In this document: in pieces, positions 36,310 to 49,121 of the stretch | Layout: each line of letters starts with the position of its first letter | Position numbering within the stretch: the stretch's first letter is position 1 | Assembly (NCBI GenBank): GCA_002269645.1 | Contig: NIVC01000040.1 | Coordinates: forward strand, 620,001-684,000 | Direction of reading: 5' to 3' | DNA: 64,000 bases | DNA from: Macrostomum lignano | Lineage: Eukaryota | Program-made: the position numbers and the translations under genes | Notes under the pieces: generated by a model | What the model was told of the DNA's origin: nothing | Databases searched by the model: none | What the model saw: the letters and a program-made list of their open reading frames with translations, nothing else

Positions 36310-39300
36310 AGCACCCGAAATGTAAGTTTATCATCAATCCACCAATGTATAATATTGTCGTGCTATTGAAAGTGCAAACGCTTTACTCAACCTTTTGAAT
36401 GTTTGGTTATTTACACTGGTGTTGGGACAATGTGCAGAAACGGATCTCACTCTCACTCATACTTGTAAATTTACCCAAAATTAGCGTCAGAGCACGAGCT
36501 CTGGCCGGACCCACTTCGAACTCTGAGCGGAAGATCGCGTCTTCGTTGGGATCGACCCGTCCCCAGGCACACACAGTACTCGTACACAATACTCGTACAG
36601 TACGAATCTCCAGCCCTCTAAGAAATAACGCAGCTCACTCAACATGCTCTTGGATTCCACGAGTCCGACAGGCAAGCGAGCGACGGGCTTGGTTGCACGG
36701 AGCGCTGAGTAGTATCGTAGTTGACTGACTCAGCTGAGTGAGCTCTCGATCGTCTGAGTTTATCTGAGTATCTGAGTCTGAGTAGACTCTGTGCACCACC
36801 TTATGCTATCAAGCTCAACCCACAAATCATATAAATGGCGTGACTGTAGCGCCATTCCACTTTACTTGTCCATGAGTTTGAGCATGAGCAGTTCTCTCTC
36901 TTATTCGCTTTCGTTTAACCGATCTTTGCTTTTAAATTTCAGTTAAACTGCTCGGTTGCTACCATCATCCCATGGCCGCATGGATGATCGACCCCTTTAT
37001 GTTAAGAAGCGATTCAATGACAATTGAGATGTGCCAAAACCACTGCTATATGATTACGAATCTCCTTTTTGGAGTAGCAAGACGAACAGACTGTCATTGT
37101 GGTCAGACAATAGAACTGAATAAAGTTCCGGCAAAGAAATGTCATTACAGGTGTCCGGGAAATCCAAAGCAGATCTGCGGTGGTCGCGACTGGGTAGTTG
37201 TGTACGAGCAGCCCGCTTCGCTCCCAACAGCCTCTGTTGGTGAGAATAATTTAATTAATCTTTGTTTCTCAACGCCTCCCCCCTAACCCTGAACCCAACC
37301 CAAAATTTAACCCTGACGAAAGCCCAAACTCTAACGCAAAAGTCACTAATGGTTGAACCCTAACTGAAATTGCTGACATTCTCTTGTCAAGGCTCATGGG
37401 AGTGTTGCTCAAATGCTTGAAGCCGAAGCTCATGGATGATGTCTACATGTACGCATGTGCATGTTCTTTGTTGCGTCCACAGCGGATGTGGCAAGATTGC
37501 CATCACGAGGGGCTTTCCCAGATTTTCCCTTTCCCAGAGTAAGCACCACTTCTCCCAGAGTATAGCACCACTTCTCCCAGAGTATAGCACCACTTCTCCC
37601 AGAGTATAGCACCACTTCTCCCAGAGTATAGCACCACTTCCCCAGATTACCGCAGTTCCAGAAAACTTCTAAGTTTACGGTTTACTTCTAATTTAAATAT
37701 TAAACACATTATTGTCGACTTTGACCTGAATAAATGGGTGGATGGATGGATTCATGGGTGCGTTGAATGATTAGATGTATTAATAGATGGATGGATGGAT
37801 GGATAGATGGATGGATGGATGGATGGATGGATGGATGGATGGATGGATGGATGGATGGATGGATGGATGGATGGATGGATGGATGGATGGATGGATGGAT
37901 GGATGGATGGATGGATGGATGGATGGATGGATGGATGGATGGATGGATGGATGGATGGATGGATGGATGGATGGATGGATGGATGGATGGATGGATGGAT
38001 GGATGGATGGATGGATGGATGGATGGATGGATGGATGGATGGATGGATGGATGGATGGATGGATGGATGGATGGATGGATGGATGGATGGATGGATGGAT
38101 GGATGGATGGATGGATGGATGGATGGATGGATGGATGGATGGATGGATGGATGGATGGATGGATGGATGGATGGATGGATGGATGGATGGATGGATGGAT
38201 GGATGGATGGATGGATGGATGGATGGATGGATGGATGGATGGATGGATGGATGGATGGATGGATGGATGGATGGATGGATGGATGGATGGATGGATGGAT
38301 GGATGGATGGATGGATGGATGGATGGATGGATGGATGGATGGATGGATGGATGGATGGATGGATGGATGGATGGATGGATGGATGGATGGATGGATGGAT
38401 GGATGGATGGATGGATGGATGGATGGATGGATGGATGGATGGATGGATGGATGGATGGATGGATGGATGGATGGATGGATGGATGGATGGATGGATGGAT
38501 GGATGGATGGATGGATGGATGGATGGATGGATGGATGGATGGATGGATGGATGGATGGATGGATGGATGGATGGATGGATGGATGGATGGATGGATGGAT
38601 GGATGGATGGATGGATGGATGGATGGATGGATGGATGGATGGATGGATGGATGGATGGATGGATGGATGGATGGATGGATGGATGGATGGATGGATGGAT
38701 GGATGGATGGATGGATGGATGGATGGATGGATGGATGGATGGATGGATGGATGGATGGATGGATGGATGGATGGATGGATGGATGGATGGATGGATGGAT
38801 GGATGGATGGATGGATGGATGGATGGATGGATGGATGGATGGATGGATGGATGGATGGATGGATGGATGGATGGATGGATGGATGGATGGATGGATGGAT
38901 GGATGGATGGATGGATGGATGGATGGATGGATGGATGGATGGATGGATGGATGGATGGATGGATGGATGGATGGATGGATGGATGGATGGATGGATGGAT
39001 GGATGGATGGATGGATGGATGGATGGATGGATGGATGGATGGATGGATGGATGGATGGATGGATGGATGGATGGATGGATGGATGGATGGATGGATGGAT
39101 GGATGGATGGATGGATGGATGGATGGATGGATGGATGGATGGATGGATGGATGGATGGATGGATGGATGGATGGATGGATGGATGGATGGATGGATGGAT
39201 GGATGGATGGATGGATGGATGGATGGATGGATGGATGGATGGATGGATGGATGGATGGATGGATGGATGGATGGATGGATGGATGGATGGATGGATGGAT

Positions 39301-42300
39301 GGATGGATGGATGGATGGATGGATGGATGGATGGATGGATGGATGAATTGCGGCATTAAACTGCAACCGACAGTCAAATTGTGGCAGTCTATTGGAGCTG
39401 ACAGTGAAATTAGAAAAGATTGTCTCAGCTCATTTTCTGACCTGCTATTGACGTGTAAATTCATTTATTTGACATCTATAAATGAAATAGCTTTTTGTCA
39501 TTGTTTATTTTAACGCCAGTAAATTTCCATCTCTTGTTGCAGAGCACCCGAAATGTAAGTTCATCATCAATCTACCAATATATAATAATAATTTCCTTGA
39601 TTGTATTTACACTGTACAGTGCAAAAGCTTTACTCAACCTTTTGAATTATCGGTAAATTTTCACTGTTGTTGAGACAATGGCAGAACGGATCTCACTCTC
39701 ACTCCTAAATTGACCCACTGAGCGTCAGAGCAAGAGCTCAAGGTGCCTTCGGTCCTCTGGCCGGACCCACTTCGAAATCTGAGCAGAAGTTCGCATTTTC
39801 TTAGGGATGACTAATAATGCGGTTCCAGTGAAGTATCAATATATAGGCTTCTCGCTTGGAGCGGCCTTTGGTTTCCGGCTGCTCTTCTATCAGAAACCTT
39901 AGTAGCGTAGTAAGTAGTGCTGCCAACAGTTCCTTCGGGTCTCAGCCTTCGGTGAGGTGAGGATCCCGTCGGAACGAAGTAAACAAGACGAGCGAACACA
40001 GCACTTCAGGCGGATTTGCGATTTCAAAATAATGGTAAGCAGATCCTGCCGGGCTCAGTAGGTCGGCTGGGAGGGCGGTGTCAGTTTCCGAGCAGCCTCT
40101 CAGAGGTCAGGGTTTAGGATTGGACAGGCAAGCCAGTATCAAGTGGTATAAATGCACACGGGCGGGAAATTAGAATGAACAGAATTGAAGAACTGACAAG
40201 CTAGAGACTCCTTGACAGAACCAAAGGCGAGAGGGTTCGTATTTAAAAGGCAGAAAACAATTGCACCATTACGCGCGAGACCACGATTGCGTCAGATTGC
40301 ATGATGCGCTGTTGCTATTTTTAGCAACTGACGCTATAGGGTTGCCTTAGAGAAAGCAATTGGTTCCAAGGGGGCGTGATTTCTGCCATAAACACGGACC
40401 AATTGCACAGTGAGTTATATTCACTGCACTTCGGACTTTCGAGAGAAAACAGCCTATATAGGGCCCGTTCTATAAAACTTTCGTAAGTTCCGTCGTACGA
40501 TCCAACTTACGCACGAGAGTTGAGAACCGCCTCAGAACGTTCTTAAGTGCGTTCGGTGAAACTTTCGCAGATGCGTCGTAACTTACGCAGTAGCTGCGAT
40601 CAAACTTAAGAATTCACGCCTGACTTTTGCCTCTGCCAGTGGTCTTTTTGGAACTGATTTTACCGTAATTGGAACCTAGCTTGTAAAAAACACACGTTGC
40701 ACTCTTAAATTAAAGTAAGACAAAATCATGCTCATTTATCCATTACCATTACAAGCAATATGAGCCATGACCATTTTGTCACATGTCGATTCCACTGTTG
40801 TATTTAGGCACATTAAAAAAACATTCAAACAAGGGTGCTTTATTCATTCGCATATACAAATAAGACCTAGCGAATTGCTTAATTACATTCCTAGTGCCAT
40901 TTTGACACATCACATGTCATGTGATGTCATGCCATGACAAAACTATCGTCAGTCTTTCCTGCTCAACGCGTAGACGTTCCGTCTCAATCTTCAGCCTCTC
41001 TCTCTCGACAAACAATCTGTCGTTTTCAACTTCCAATCGAGCTTCCTCCACCCGAAGACGTTTTATTTCTAAGCTTTCGATCAGCCCAAGTTTGCTCTGC
41101 TTTCGCTGACGCTTCGTGTTCTTGGCAGTGGCGTTGGCAACAGACTCTTCGCTTTTTTCGTCGTCAGCTGTCTCGTACTCAGGCGATGCGCTTCTGCCAA
41201 CTGCTTCGGAAAATTCTTCAGCAGGCGCACTTGCGATATCAATGTACTTGGCCGCCGAGCTTGGTGCTGCACTGTTGGATTTAGGCAGCTGCAGCGTGTC
41301 AACACCCCGTGGCACGCCTTCCACGACCTGTTTTCGGATGGACTGCGCCGCCTTCTCCTCTAAACTCGACAGCTGTGGGGCCTGCGATGGACCGCCTGCC
41401 TGTCTTAGCTTGCTCCTTGCGGATGCTGGCTACTTTGTGCTTCAGTTGACTCTTGAAGTCGGACCACCGCTTTCGGCAGTTCTCTCCAGAACGTCCTTGT
41501 CCACCGACTGCATTCAAGATATCGGCAATTTGCTGCCATTCGCTTTTTTGCGAAAATTCGCTTCGACAGTATTCGCAGGTAATTTTTCCGTTCGGTCGTT
41601 GCTTCTTGCAGCGTCTCCAGTTCCGCCGCTGACCAGTTCGCCGCGCGTTTTTGTGCTGCGTTAGAATTCATTGCATTCCAATTATTTGGCACTTTCGCCC
41701 GTATCAGCTTCTCTTTATGCTGTTATACGAGCTATACGAGCGTAATTGCCACTCTACTTAAATATCGATTGGTCAAGGCTGTTTGCAACTCTTCGACCGC
41801 AAGATCAATTATGTGATGCGAACGTATATTTGAGGAGCAATTATCAGGTCGGCCTGATAAGACGGTCAGCCAGTCACAGTATAGGGGACATAAAGTTAAG
41901 GATAATTAGAGTGGTTTGACACCGGGCCCTCTTATAACTTACTTAATTAACCAATAAAATCTATTATCTAATTATCTACTTGAAGCAACTTATGCTTCAA
42001 GAACTTAGCGCTGAAATTCCCCATCGGATTGCTAACTCACTTGCAATTGCCAAAGTCAGATCCGAGAATGAATTTTCTGGGCATCGCATTATTCGCTCAG
42101 CATGCTTTGAGAACTGAGAGAAGGTTTCGAGACAGACTTGACCCTCTCGACTTCAGCAATCGGGAAATTTTCGAGCGGTACCGTCTGCCACGTCAACCTT
42201 TGCTGGAGCTCATTGAGTTGCTGCGGCCGCAACTACAACGTCAGACGCGTCGCAACAGAGCGATTTCCGTCGAACTGCAGGTTTGCCTTGCCCTCCGATT

Positions 42301-45300
42301 TTTTGCAACAGGCAGCTTTCTCAAAGTCATTGGGGACGTTTTCAACTGTAGCTGCGTCACGGTGTTCGGAGTTGTGACTGAAGTTTGCCTGCTGCTTCAG
42401 GACATGGCACCCATTCGCATTTCATTTCCAAGCAATCAGCAAGCAGCAGCAGCGTCAGCACGTGCATTTTTTGAAATTTCCCGAATGCCTCAGGTGCTCA
42501 GAGCCATGACTGCACGCACATCCGCATCCGGCGCCCTACCGATGACGGTGGAATCTTCATTAATCGAAAAGGATTTCACTCGATTAATGTTCAGGCCGTA
42601 TGTAGTGCCAATCTCGCATTTACAAACGTTGTCGCACGTTGGCCTGGCAGTAGCCACGACTCCTTCACTTTTCAACAATCTGCACTGAAAGATCTCCTCG
42701 CGGATGGGAAGGTCGCTGGCTTCTTGGTTGGAGATGCGGGCTACCCACTCCGACCGTTTCTGATGACGTCATTTAGGGATACACAAACAAATTCCGAGCA
42801 AATTTTCAACCGGCGACTAAGCAAAACGCGCGTAACAATCGAGAGGGCGTTCAGTGTTTTGAAAGCGAGATTTCGATGCCTCGATCATAGCGGAGGAGCT
42901 TTACAATTTAATCCCAGTAAAGTGTGCAACAACATTGTTGCATACTGCGTGCTCCACAATTTCGCCGTGGCCAGAGCCATTCCACTTCCACCTGAGCATC
43001 AGCCGCTAGCCATGGAAGCTACTGCTGAAAATGAAGCCGCACTGGCTGAAGACACCGCTGCTGGTCGAGCAGAAAGGCAGCGGATCATGGAGCTACTCCC
43101 ACCGTGACTCACTTAAGCAAAATTTGTGTTTCTTGCTACTCAAATTTTAAATTAACAATTTTCGCTATTGTTTGATTTTTTCAGTCTTTAAACTTACTCA
43201 AATATACAGTAAAATGCGAATTTCTTGACTGAATGAAGTCGGCGCTGTGCATTTTCACAACTAAAGAGTGACTTACGACAGGTCCGACCTGTCTTAGATT
43301 TACGGCGGAACTTAAAAAGCCGAAGTGACTTAAGGAAGTGACTTAGTGACTTAGCTTCTTAAATCTAAGAACGGTCTTAAGAAACGATGGTTTCACCGAA
43401 CATTTTACGACACGGCGCGAACGTAAGTTCGAACTTAAAGATACGCAAGCTTTATAGAACGGGCCCATGTCATCATGTGACTGGCGCACATGACAAGGGG
43501 AAAGCGGCAAACCAGTGAAGCCACTTGTGACCGCTACACAGAGAGCGAACCAAGAGCAGGCTAGGCCAAGCTGCCCAGCCCTGAAAACAAGGAGCGTAGA
43601 GGGAACGGAGGGGAACAGAGAGCAAAAGGGAGAGCTGCTCCCAGCGGCAGACGGCAGCTCAGGGCGAGGGCGAGGGAAACTGCAAACTAGAGTGAGACAC
43701 CAGATAGTAATCCTAGTGGCTCACTAAAAAAGGCTGGAAATTGGAAGTTTTTTGGCTTGGAAATTGTTTTAGATGTTCTTGAGGTTGTGCACAGAATCGA
43801 AGATAATGAAAGTCAGTGGCGAATGTACTATTCACTGCAGCCTTGTTAAGTGAGCCGGCAATCACGGTGAAATGCTAAGCTCACAGCAATTCAATCACAT
43901 CTTGGAGCCAGGCGTGAAGCTTCTTGGCTGTTAAGTTAGCACCAGCATGCGTAGCTACCATGTTATTGCACTTCCCAGCAATGGGCTTAATCATAAAGCA
44001 AAAAACAGTGCGTTCGTTGTACATTAGCTATCGCTACGCATTCATCGACTCCGCGTACCTCCACGGCGGAGTATTCGATTCGGTTCGCTATGCAAATCTC
44101 ATCCAGCATTTGCAGCACCACCTTCTTCATCTGAGTCAGCTTACTTGCTCGGAGGCGCAGGCAGCCGTGGCTACTCAATCCATCCCGCCCAACTCACTGA
44201 CTGGAGGTGAATAACTTTTTGCCCACGAAGAGCATTGAAATCGGAGTTGCTGATGGAGTAAGTCATTTATATAGCTCAACATTATTAGCTCTTGAGAATA
44301 GACTCTTGCTGCTTTCTTAATCCTACTGAGCTGCAGCTGCTCCAGAAGAAATGCAACAGATTTGTGTCCTTTCCGTTCGAGCACATCAGTAGGCTGTCCT
44401 CTGCCAGGTCGAGGAAGCCGTTAGCCTGCTCGGGCGACTCAGACAGATCAGTGCTTTCGTTTCAGTTCTTCACCTTGTCAGCAACATCGGTCACCTTGCC
44501 CTTTTACAGCGGGGAGCCGTTGATACCGTTGGAGACGGACCCAATGCAAATAGATAGAGCAGACAATCCAGCAGACCGGCTTCACATCCAGCATGTAAAT
44601 ACCTGACTGGATGGCTTCACATCCAGCATGTAAATACCTGACTGGACGGCTTCACATCCAGCATGTAAATACCTGACTGTACGGCTTCACATCCAGCATG
44701 TAAATACCTGACTGTACGGCTTCACATCCAGCATGTAAATACCTGACTGTACGTCGCATATGCTGGTGTAAAATCCATGCAGCAGGTCGGTTCTCCTCTG
44801 CGTCGAGCAACTCCTGGATCTCCATGGTTGTGCGATCGAGAATTGGGTCTTCAACAAAAAATTGTCCATCTCACTCTGAAGACGCATCTAAATGTTTAAG
44901 TCGAGTCCGACAGAAGATTTCGCTGGAGACGTGCTTGCCGCCGGTTGTCAAGCAAGCACAATTTGTGCTCCTTGCCCCTGTAAAAGTCCGCCACCCATGG
45001 CCACACATTGCGTGTCCTGATGCTAGCTTAAGAATTCCCTGGGCTGCACGGAGCGCTGAGTGCCACCACCCATGACCTTCAAGCTCGACACACAAATCTT
45101 ATAAATATAGTTTCAGTTTCATCCTCTTTCACCCTTGGGTACACCACAGATACTAGAATAACTAGATGGGCCACTTAGCACATTTGCATATAAACTACTT
45201 TCAGTTCAGTAGTAAGTGAAACAGGAGCATTTTAATATACTCTTAAATTCAAGGCTCATCTAGCCAAAACCTTCCAACTGCTACTTTCTATACTACCCCC

Positions 45301-47878
45301 ACCCCAATTTTTGTTGTTTTCTTAGAATTCTAGCCTAAAGCTGCCATGTACATTTCAGTTGCTGGCTAATATACATTAGTACTAAACCAATTAATAAGTT
45401 ATGTAAACCTGCAAGCTTGGGCTTCTAAACTTATTAAAGTCATTTCAGTTGCCTTTTTATAAAATAGCTTATGTATTCTTTTTTGCTACTGAACTGAAAG
45501 TGGAAAGCTGTTTTGATAAGTATATTTACCTGAGTAGCCTATCTAGTTATTTTAGAATCTATGGGGTGCACCGACCCCGACTACAACTGACAGTGCGATT
45601 AGCGACTGTAGCGCCTTCTACTTTACTTGTCCATGAGTTCGAGCATGAGCAGTTCGCTCTCTTATTCGATTTTGTTTAATTATACGAATTAAAATTTCAG
45701 TTAAACTGAAAGGTTGCTACTATGATGGCACTAGCGTATATAATTTGGGACGTACTGTGTTTGTCACCAGCGAGTCAATGACAATTGATAGCTGTCAGAA
45801 AAGCTGCAATCTCACTACTAATCCCTACTTTGGAGTAGCAAGAGGAACAGAATGCTTCTGTGGCAAAAAGATACATCATATGAAAAATGATCTACACTAT
45901 TGTCATAGGAGATGTCCGGGAAACCCAACGCAGATCTGCGGTGGTAAAGACTTGATGATTGTGTACGAGCAGCCCGCTGCACTCGTTAAAACCTCTATTG
46001 GTGAGAATATTATAATAATGTTAATGTCTGGAGTTGATCGTGCACGTGCAGAGCGATTTAAATTCGTCAGTTGCTTGTTTTAATTTACGCGTGTCTACTT
46101 TTTGTAGAAAGCATAGCTTCAAAAAGTTGAATACCCCTAAAATACCTCCACGAATTAGATAGGAACCATCCATCCACCATCCAGCAAGCATCTACCAAAA
46201 GCAAACCGACATAGTTGTTGGAGAGCCAACGAAGAATGCAACAAAAGATCGAACAAAAAACATGTAGCTTCTGACCTCTGAGTCTTGACACCTCAGCAAT
46301 TCCTCCCGTAAGCCTTGACTTTCCAGCAATTCCCCCTATAGGTCACAGCATTGTAGCAGTTGCCCCCGAGGATGGATGGATGGATGGATGGATGGATGGA
46401 TGGATGGATGGATGGATGGATGGATGGATGGATGGATGAATGGATGGATGGATGGATGGATGGATGGATGGATGGATGGATGGATGGATGGATGGATGGA
46501 TGGATGGATGGATGGATGGATGGATGGATGGATGGATGGATGGATGGATGGATGGATGGATGGATGGATGGATGGATGGATGGATGAATGGATGGATGGA
46601 TGAATGGATGGATGGATGGATGGATGGATGGATGGATGGATGAATGGATGGATGGATGGATGGATGGATGGATGGATGGATGGATGGATGGATGGATGGA
46701 TGGATGGATGGATGGATGAATGGATGGATGGATGGATGGATGAATGGATGGATGGATGGATGGATGGATGGATGGATGGATGGATGGATGGATGGATGGA
46801 TGGATGGATGGATGGATGGATGGATGGCTGGATGGTTGGTTGAAAGTGATAGTAAACTGCAGCCGACAGTCAAATTGTGGCATTCCATTGCAGCTGACAG
46901 TCAAATCAAACAGATTGTAATTTCACCAAGATTTGAGCACTATACTGATCAGTAGCCGACCTGCTATTGACATGTATGGTAATTCTGAAATACCTATTAT
47001 CCATTTTAAATTTCACCCGAGTAAATTACTGTCTCTTGTTGCAGAGCACCCGAAATGTAAGTTCATCATCAATCTACCAATGTATGACTATAATTTCCTT
47101 CATGGTATTTAAAGTGCAAAATCTTTACTCAACCTTTGAATTTTTAATAAATTTAAACTTGTGTGCGACAATGGCAGAAACAGACCTCACTGTAACTCAT
47201 AAATTTACCCAATTAATGAGCGTCAGAGCAAGAGCTCAAGGTGCCTTCGGTCCTCTGGCCACTTCCAACTCTGAGCGGAAGATCGCGTCTTCGTTGGGAT
47301 CGACCCGTCCCCAGGCAGACACAGTACAGTACGAATCTCCAGCCCTCTAAGAAATAACGCAGCTCACTCAGCATGCTCTTGGATTCCACGAGTCCGACAG
47401 GCAAGCGAGCGACGGGCTTGGTTGCACGGAGCGCTGAGTAGTATCGTAGTTGACTGACTCAGCTGAGTGAGCTCTCGATCGTCTGAGTTTATCTGAGTAT
47501 CTGAGTCTGAGTAGACTCTACGCACCACCTCAATACACAACCTCGACCTCAACACAAAAATGTTTAACCCTTTGCATTAAAACTTCAGTTAAACTGGAGG
47601 GTTGCTTTTTTGTTGCCGAGCAGCCAGACAACCGCTACATCAGATCATCCAGCGAGTCAATGACAATAGACAGATGCTACGAGGACTGCATTGACTTAGT
47701 TTATCGCGAGAGGCCCACGTACTTTGGAGTTGAAAATAGAACACGTTGCATTTGCCAGTTTACTGTAATGTCCACGAATAATGTTTATTTAAAATATTGC
47801 GATAACAAATGTCCTGGAGATCCGAAACAGATCTGCGGTGGACCTCGGCTCGCGGTGGTGTACGAGCATCCGAAATAA
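36310..47878 (+). CDS. Tandem three-WSC-domain (carbohydrate-binding) protein, 5' exon not found. WSC exons 36943-37239, 45701-46000, 47589-47878; putative 12-nt microexons 36310-36321, 39543-39554, 47045-47056
   Basis: Each large exon has the 8-Cys WSC pattern (GCY/F...SMTI..C...C..FGV....C.CG...C...CPG.P.QICGG....VYE.P). All junctions are phase 1 (TTTCAG/CTTCAG|TTAAACTG ... G|GTGAGA). The last exon ends in TAA. Confidence 0.8.
37540..37645. repeat. 22-bp minisatellite
   Basis: CACTTCTCCCAGAGTATAGCAC, about 5 copies. Confidence 0.9.
37787..39346. repeat. (GGAT)n microsatellite, about 1.55 kb and essentially perfect
   Basis: About 390 GGAT units. It explains the spurious MDGW/HPSI ORFs. Confidence 0.98.
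40917..41671 (-). pseudogene. Harbinger Myb/SANT-like DNA-binding protein with a C-terminal coiled coil; at least 2 frameshifts
   Basis: [14 protein letters not shown] ... [30 protein letters not shown] ... KTG(G)GP ... [30 protein letters not shown], spread over three frames. Confidence 0.85.
42068..43107 (+). pseudogene. Harbinger (HARBI1-like) DDE transposase with a single 1-bp frameshift at about 42508
   Basis: [17 protein letters not shown](I)[61 protein letters not shown] and CVLHN. Confidence 0.92.
44580..44752. repeat. 35-bp minisatellite
   Basis: TTCACATCCAGCATGTAAATACCTGACTG(G/T)ACGGC, 5 copies. Confidence 0.9.
46371..46830. repeat. (GGAT)n microsatellite, paralogous to 37787-39346
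   Basis: Interrupted by GAAT variants. Followed by the same flank (TAAACTGCA.CCGACAGTCAAATTGTGGCA) as the first array. Confidence 0.97.
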
Positions 47879-48594
47879 TTGAGTCCTGCTTCATTTGTCA
47901 GTGTAGTAACTGACTTGTGAAGACAAATTGAAAACAAATTGGAACGAATAAATTACTCTGAAACATCTTGAAAAACTTGGATGAATCGAATTAATGAAAA
48001 AAAATTCAAACGATGTATACAATGTTTTTCCATTTTTGAAAGTCTTTGCTTGAATTAAAGCGCTGGAGCTGAGCTGATAAACTAGCCAATCAAGCTGATA
48101 AACTAGCCAATCAAGCTGATGAAAAGCCAATATCAAGCTGATAAAAAGCCAGTCAAGCTGATGAACAGCAAATCAAACTGATAAGGATGTATAAAGCTCA
48201 GCCTATAGGGGGCAGGCCCAATCTAGCTCAGCCAATGAGAAAGCAGAAAGGAGAGAGGTCTGTGGTGCCGGAGTGCTGAGCTTTGGATCTGATATTATGT
48301 ACGTGCACTGTACATGTACACTATTCTCATCCCGCTATCTTCGCTCTGTCATCAACATATGAATTTGATGACACATGGACAGGAAGTCAGTAAATTTCAG
48401 GTAAAGTGAAACAAGCAAAGTTACGAGCTCATAAATTTTAAGACGAATAAGCAATTGTGCACCAGCTTCTAGCAGCCCCTAACTGCGGCTTTGACAACTT
48501 AGTCTATGGTCCATCCAAGTGAGTCCTCTGGTTGCTTAATGGATCAATCAACCAAGGAAGAGGAAGAGAGGAAAAGCAAGTCAGCGCACATATA

Positions 48595-49121
48595 GGGCCG
48601 TATGCAGAAAGCCTAGTCCAGACTAGCTAGTCCGTACTTGGGTAGTTCAGTCTATAGTCTATGGTCCAGCTAGCCTAGTTCTGCTATAGTAGACTGGTCT
48701 AACTTTGGGCCGTATGCAGAAAGCCTAGTCCAGACTAGCTAGTCCGTACTTGGGTAGTTCAGTCTATAGTCTATGGTCCAGCTAGCCTAGTTCTGCTATA
48801 GTAGACTGGTCTAACTTTGGGCCGTATGCAGAAAGCCTAGTCCAGACTAGCTAGTCCGTACTTGGGTAGTTCAGTCTATAGTCTATGGTCCAGCTAGCCT
48901 AGTTCTGCTATAGTAGACTGGTCTAACTTTGGGCCGTATGCAGAAAGCCTAGTCCAGACTAGCTAGTCCGGACTTGGGTAGTTCAGTCTATAGTCTATGG
49001 TCCAGCTAGCCTAGTTCTGCTATAGTACTGGTCTAACTTTGTGTTTCTGCATACCAAATCCAAGTCTAGACTAGCTTTTCAAGACCGGACTACCCTAGAC
49101 AGAGCTTTCTGCATACGGCCC
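48595..49121. mobile_element. Harbinger-type MITE with 18-bp TIRs whose left ~110 bp is tandemly repeated 4 times
   Basis: GGGCCGTATGCAGAAAGC begins each ~110-bp unit. The reverse complement GCTTTCTGCATACGGCCC is at 49104-49121. Confidence 0.8.

Larger units (their letters stand above)
40461..43466. mobile_element. Full-length PIF/Harbinger DNA transposon (3.0 kb) with two divergent genes
   Basis: Perfect 16-bp TIR GGGCCCGTTCTATAAA (40461-40476 and 43451-43466). Encodes a DDE transposase (+) and a Myb/SANT protein (-). Confidence 0.93.

Noticed and set aside
36407-36675. Conserved minus-strand ORFs ([12 protein letters not shown]..., ...[14 protein letters not shown]) repeated at about 39.6 kb and 47.2 kb
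   Set aside because: Frames and stops differ between copies. The similarity reflects the duplicated intron and microexon, not a protein.
37752-39513. 500+ aa ORFs (MDGW)n / (HPSI)n, also at 46293-46955
   Set aside because: These are translations of (GGAT)n, which has no stop in any frame. The arrays are intronic.
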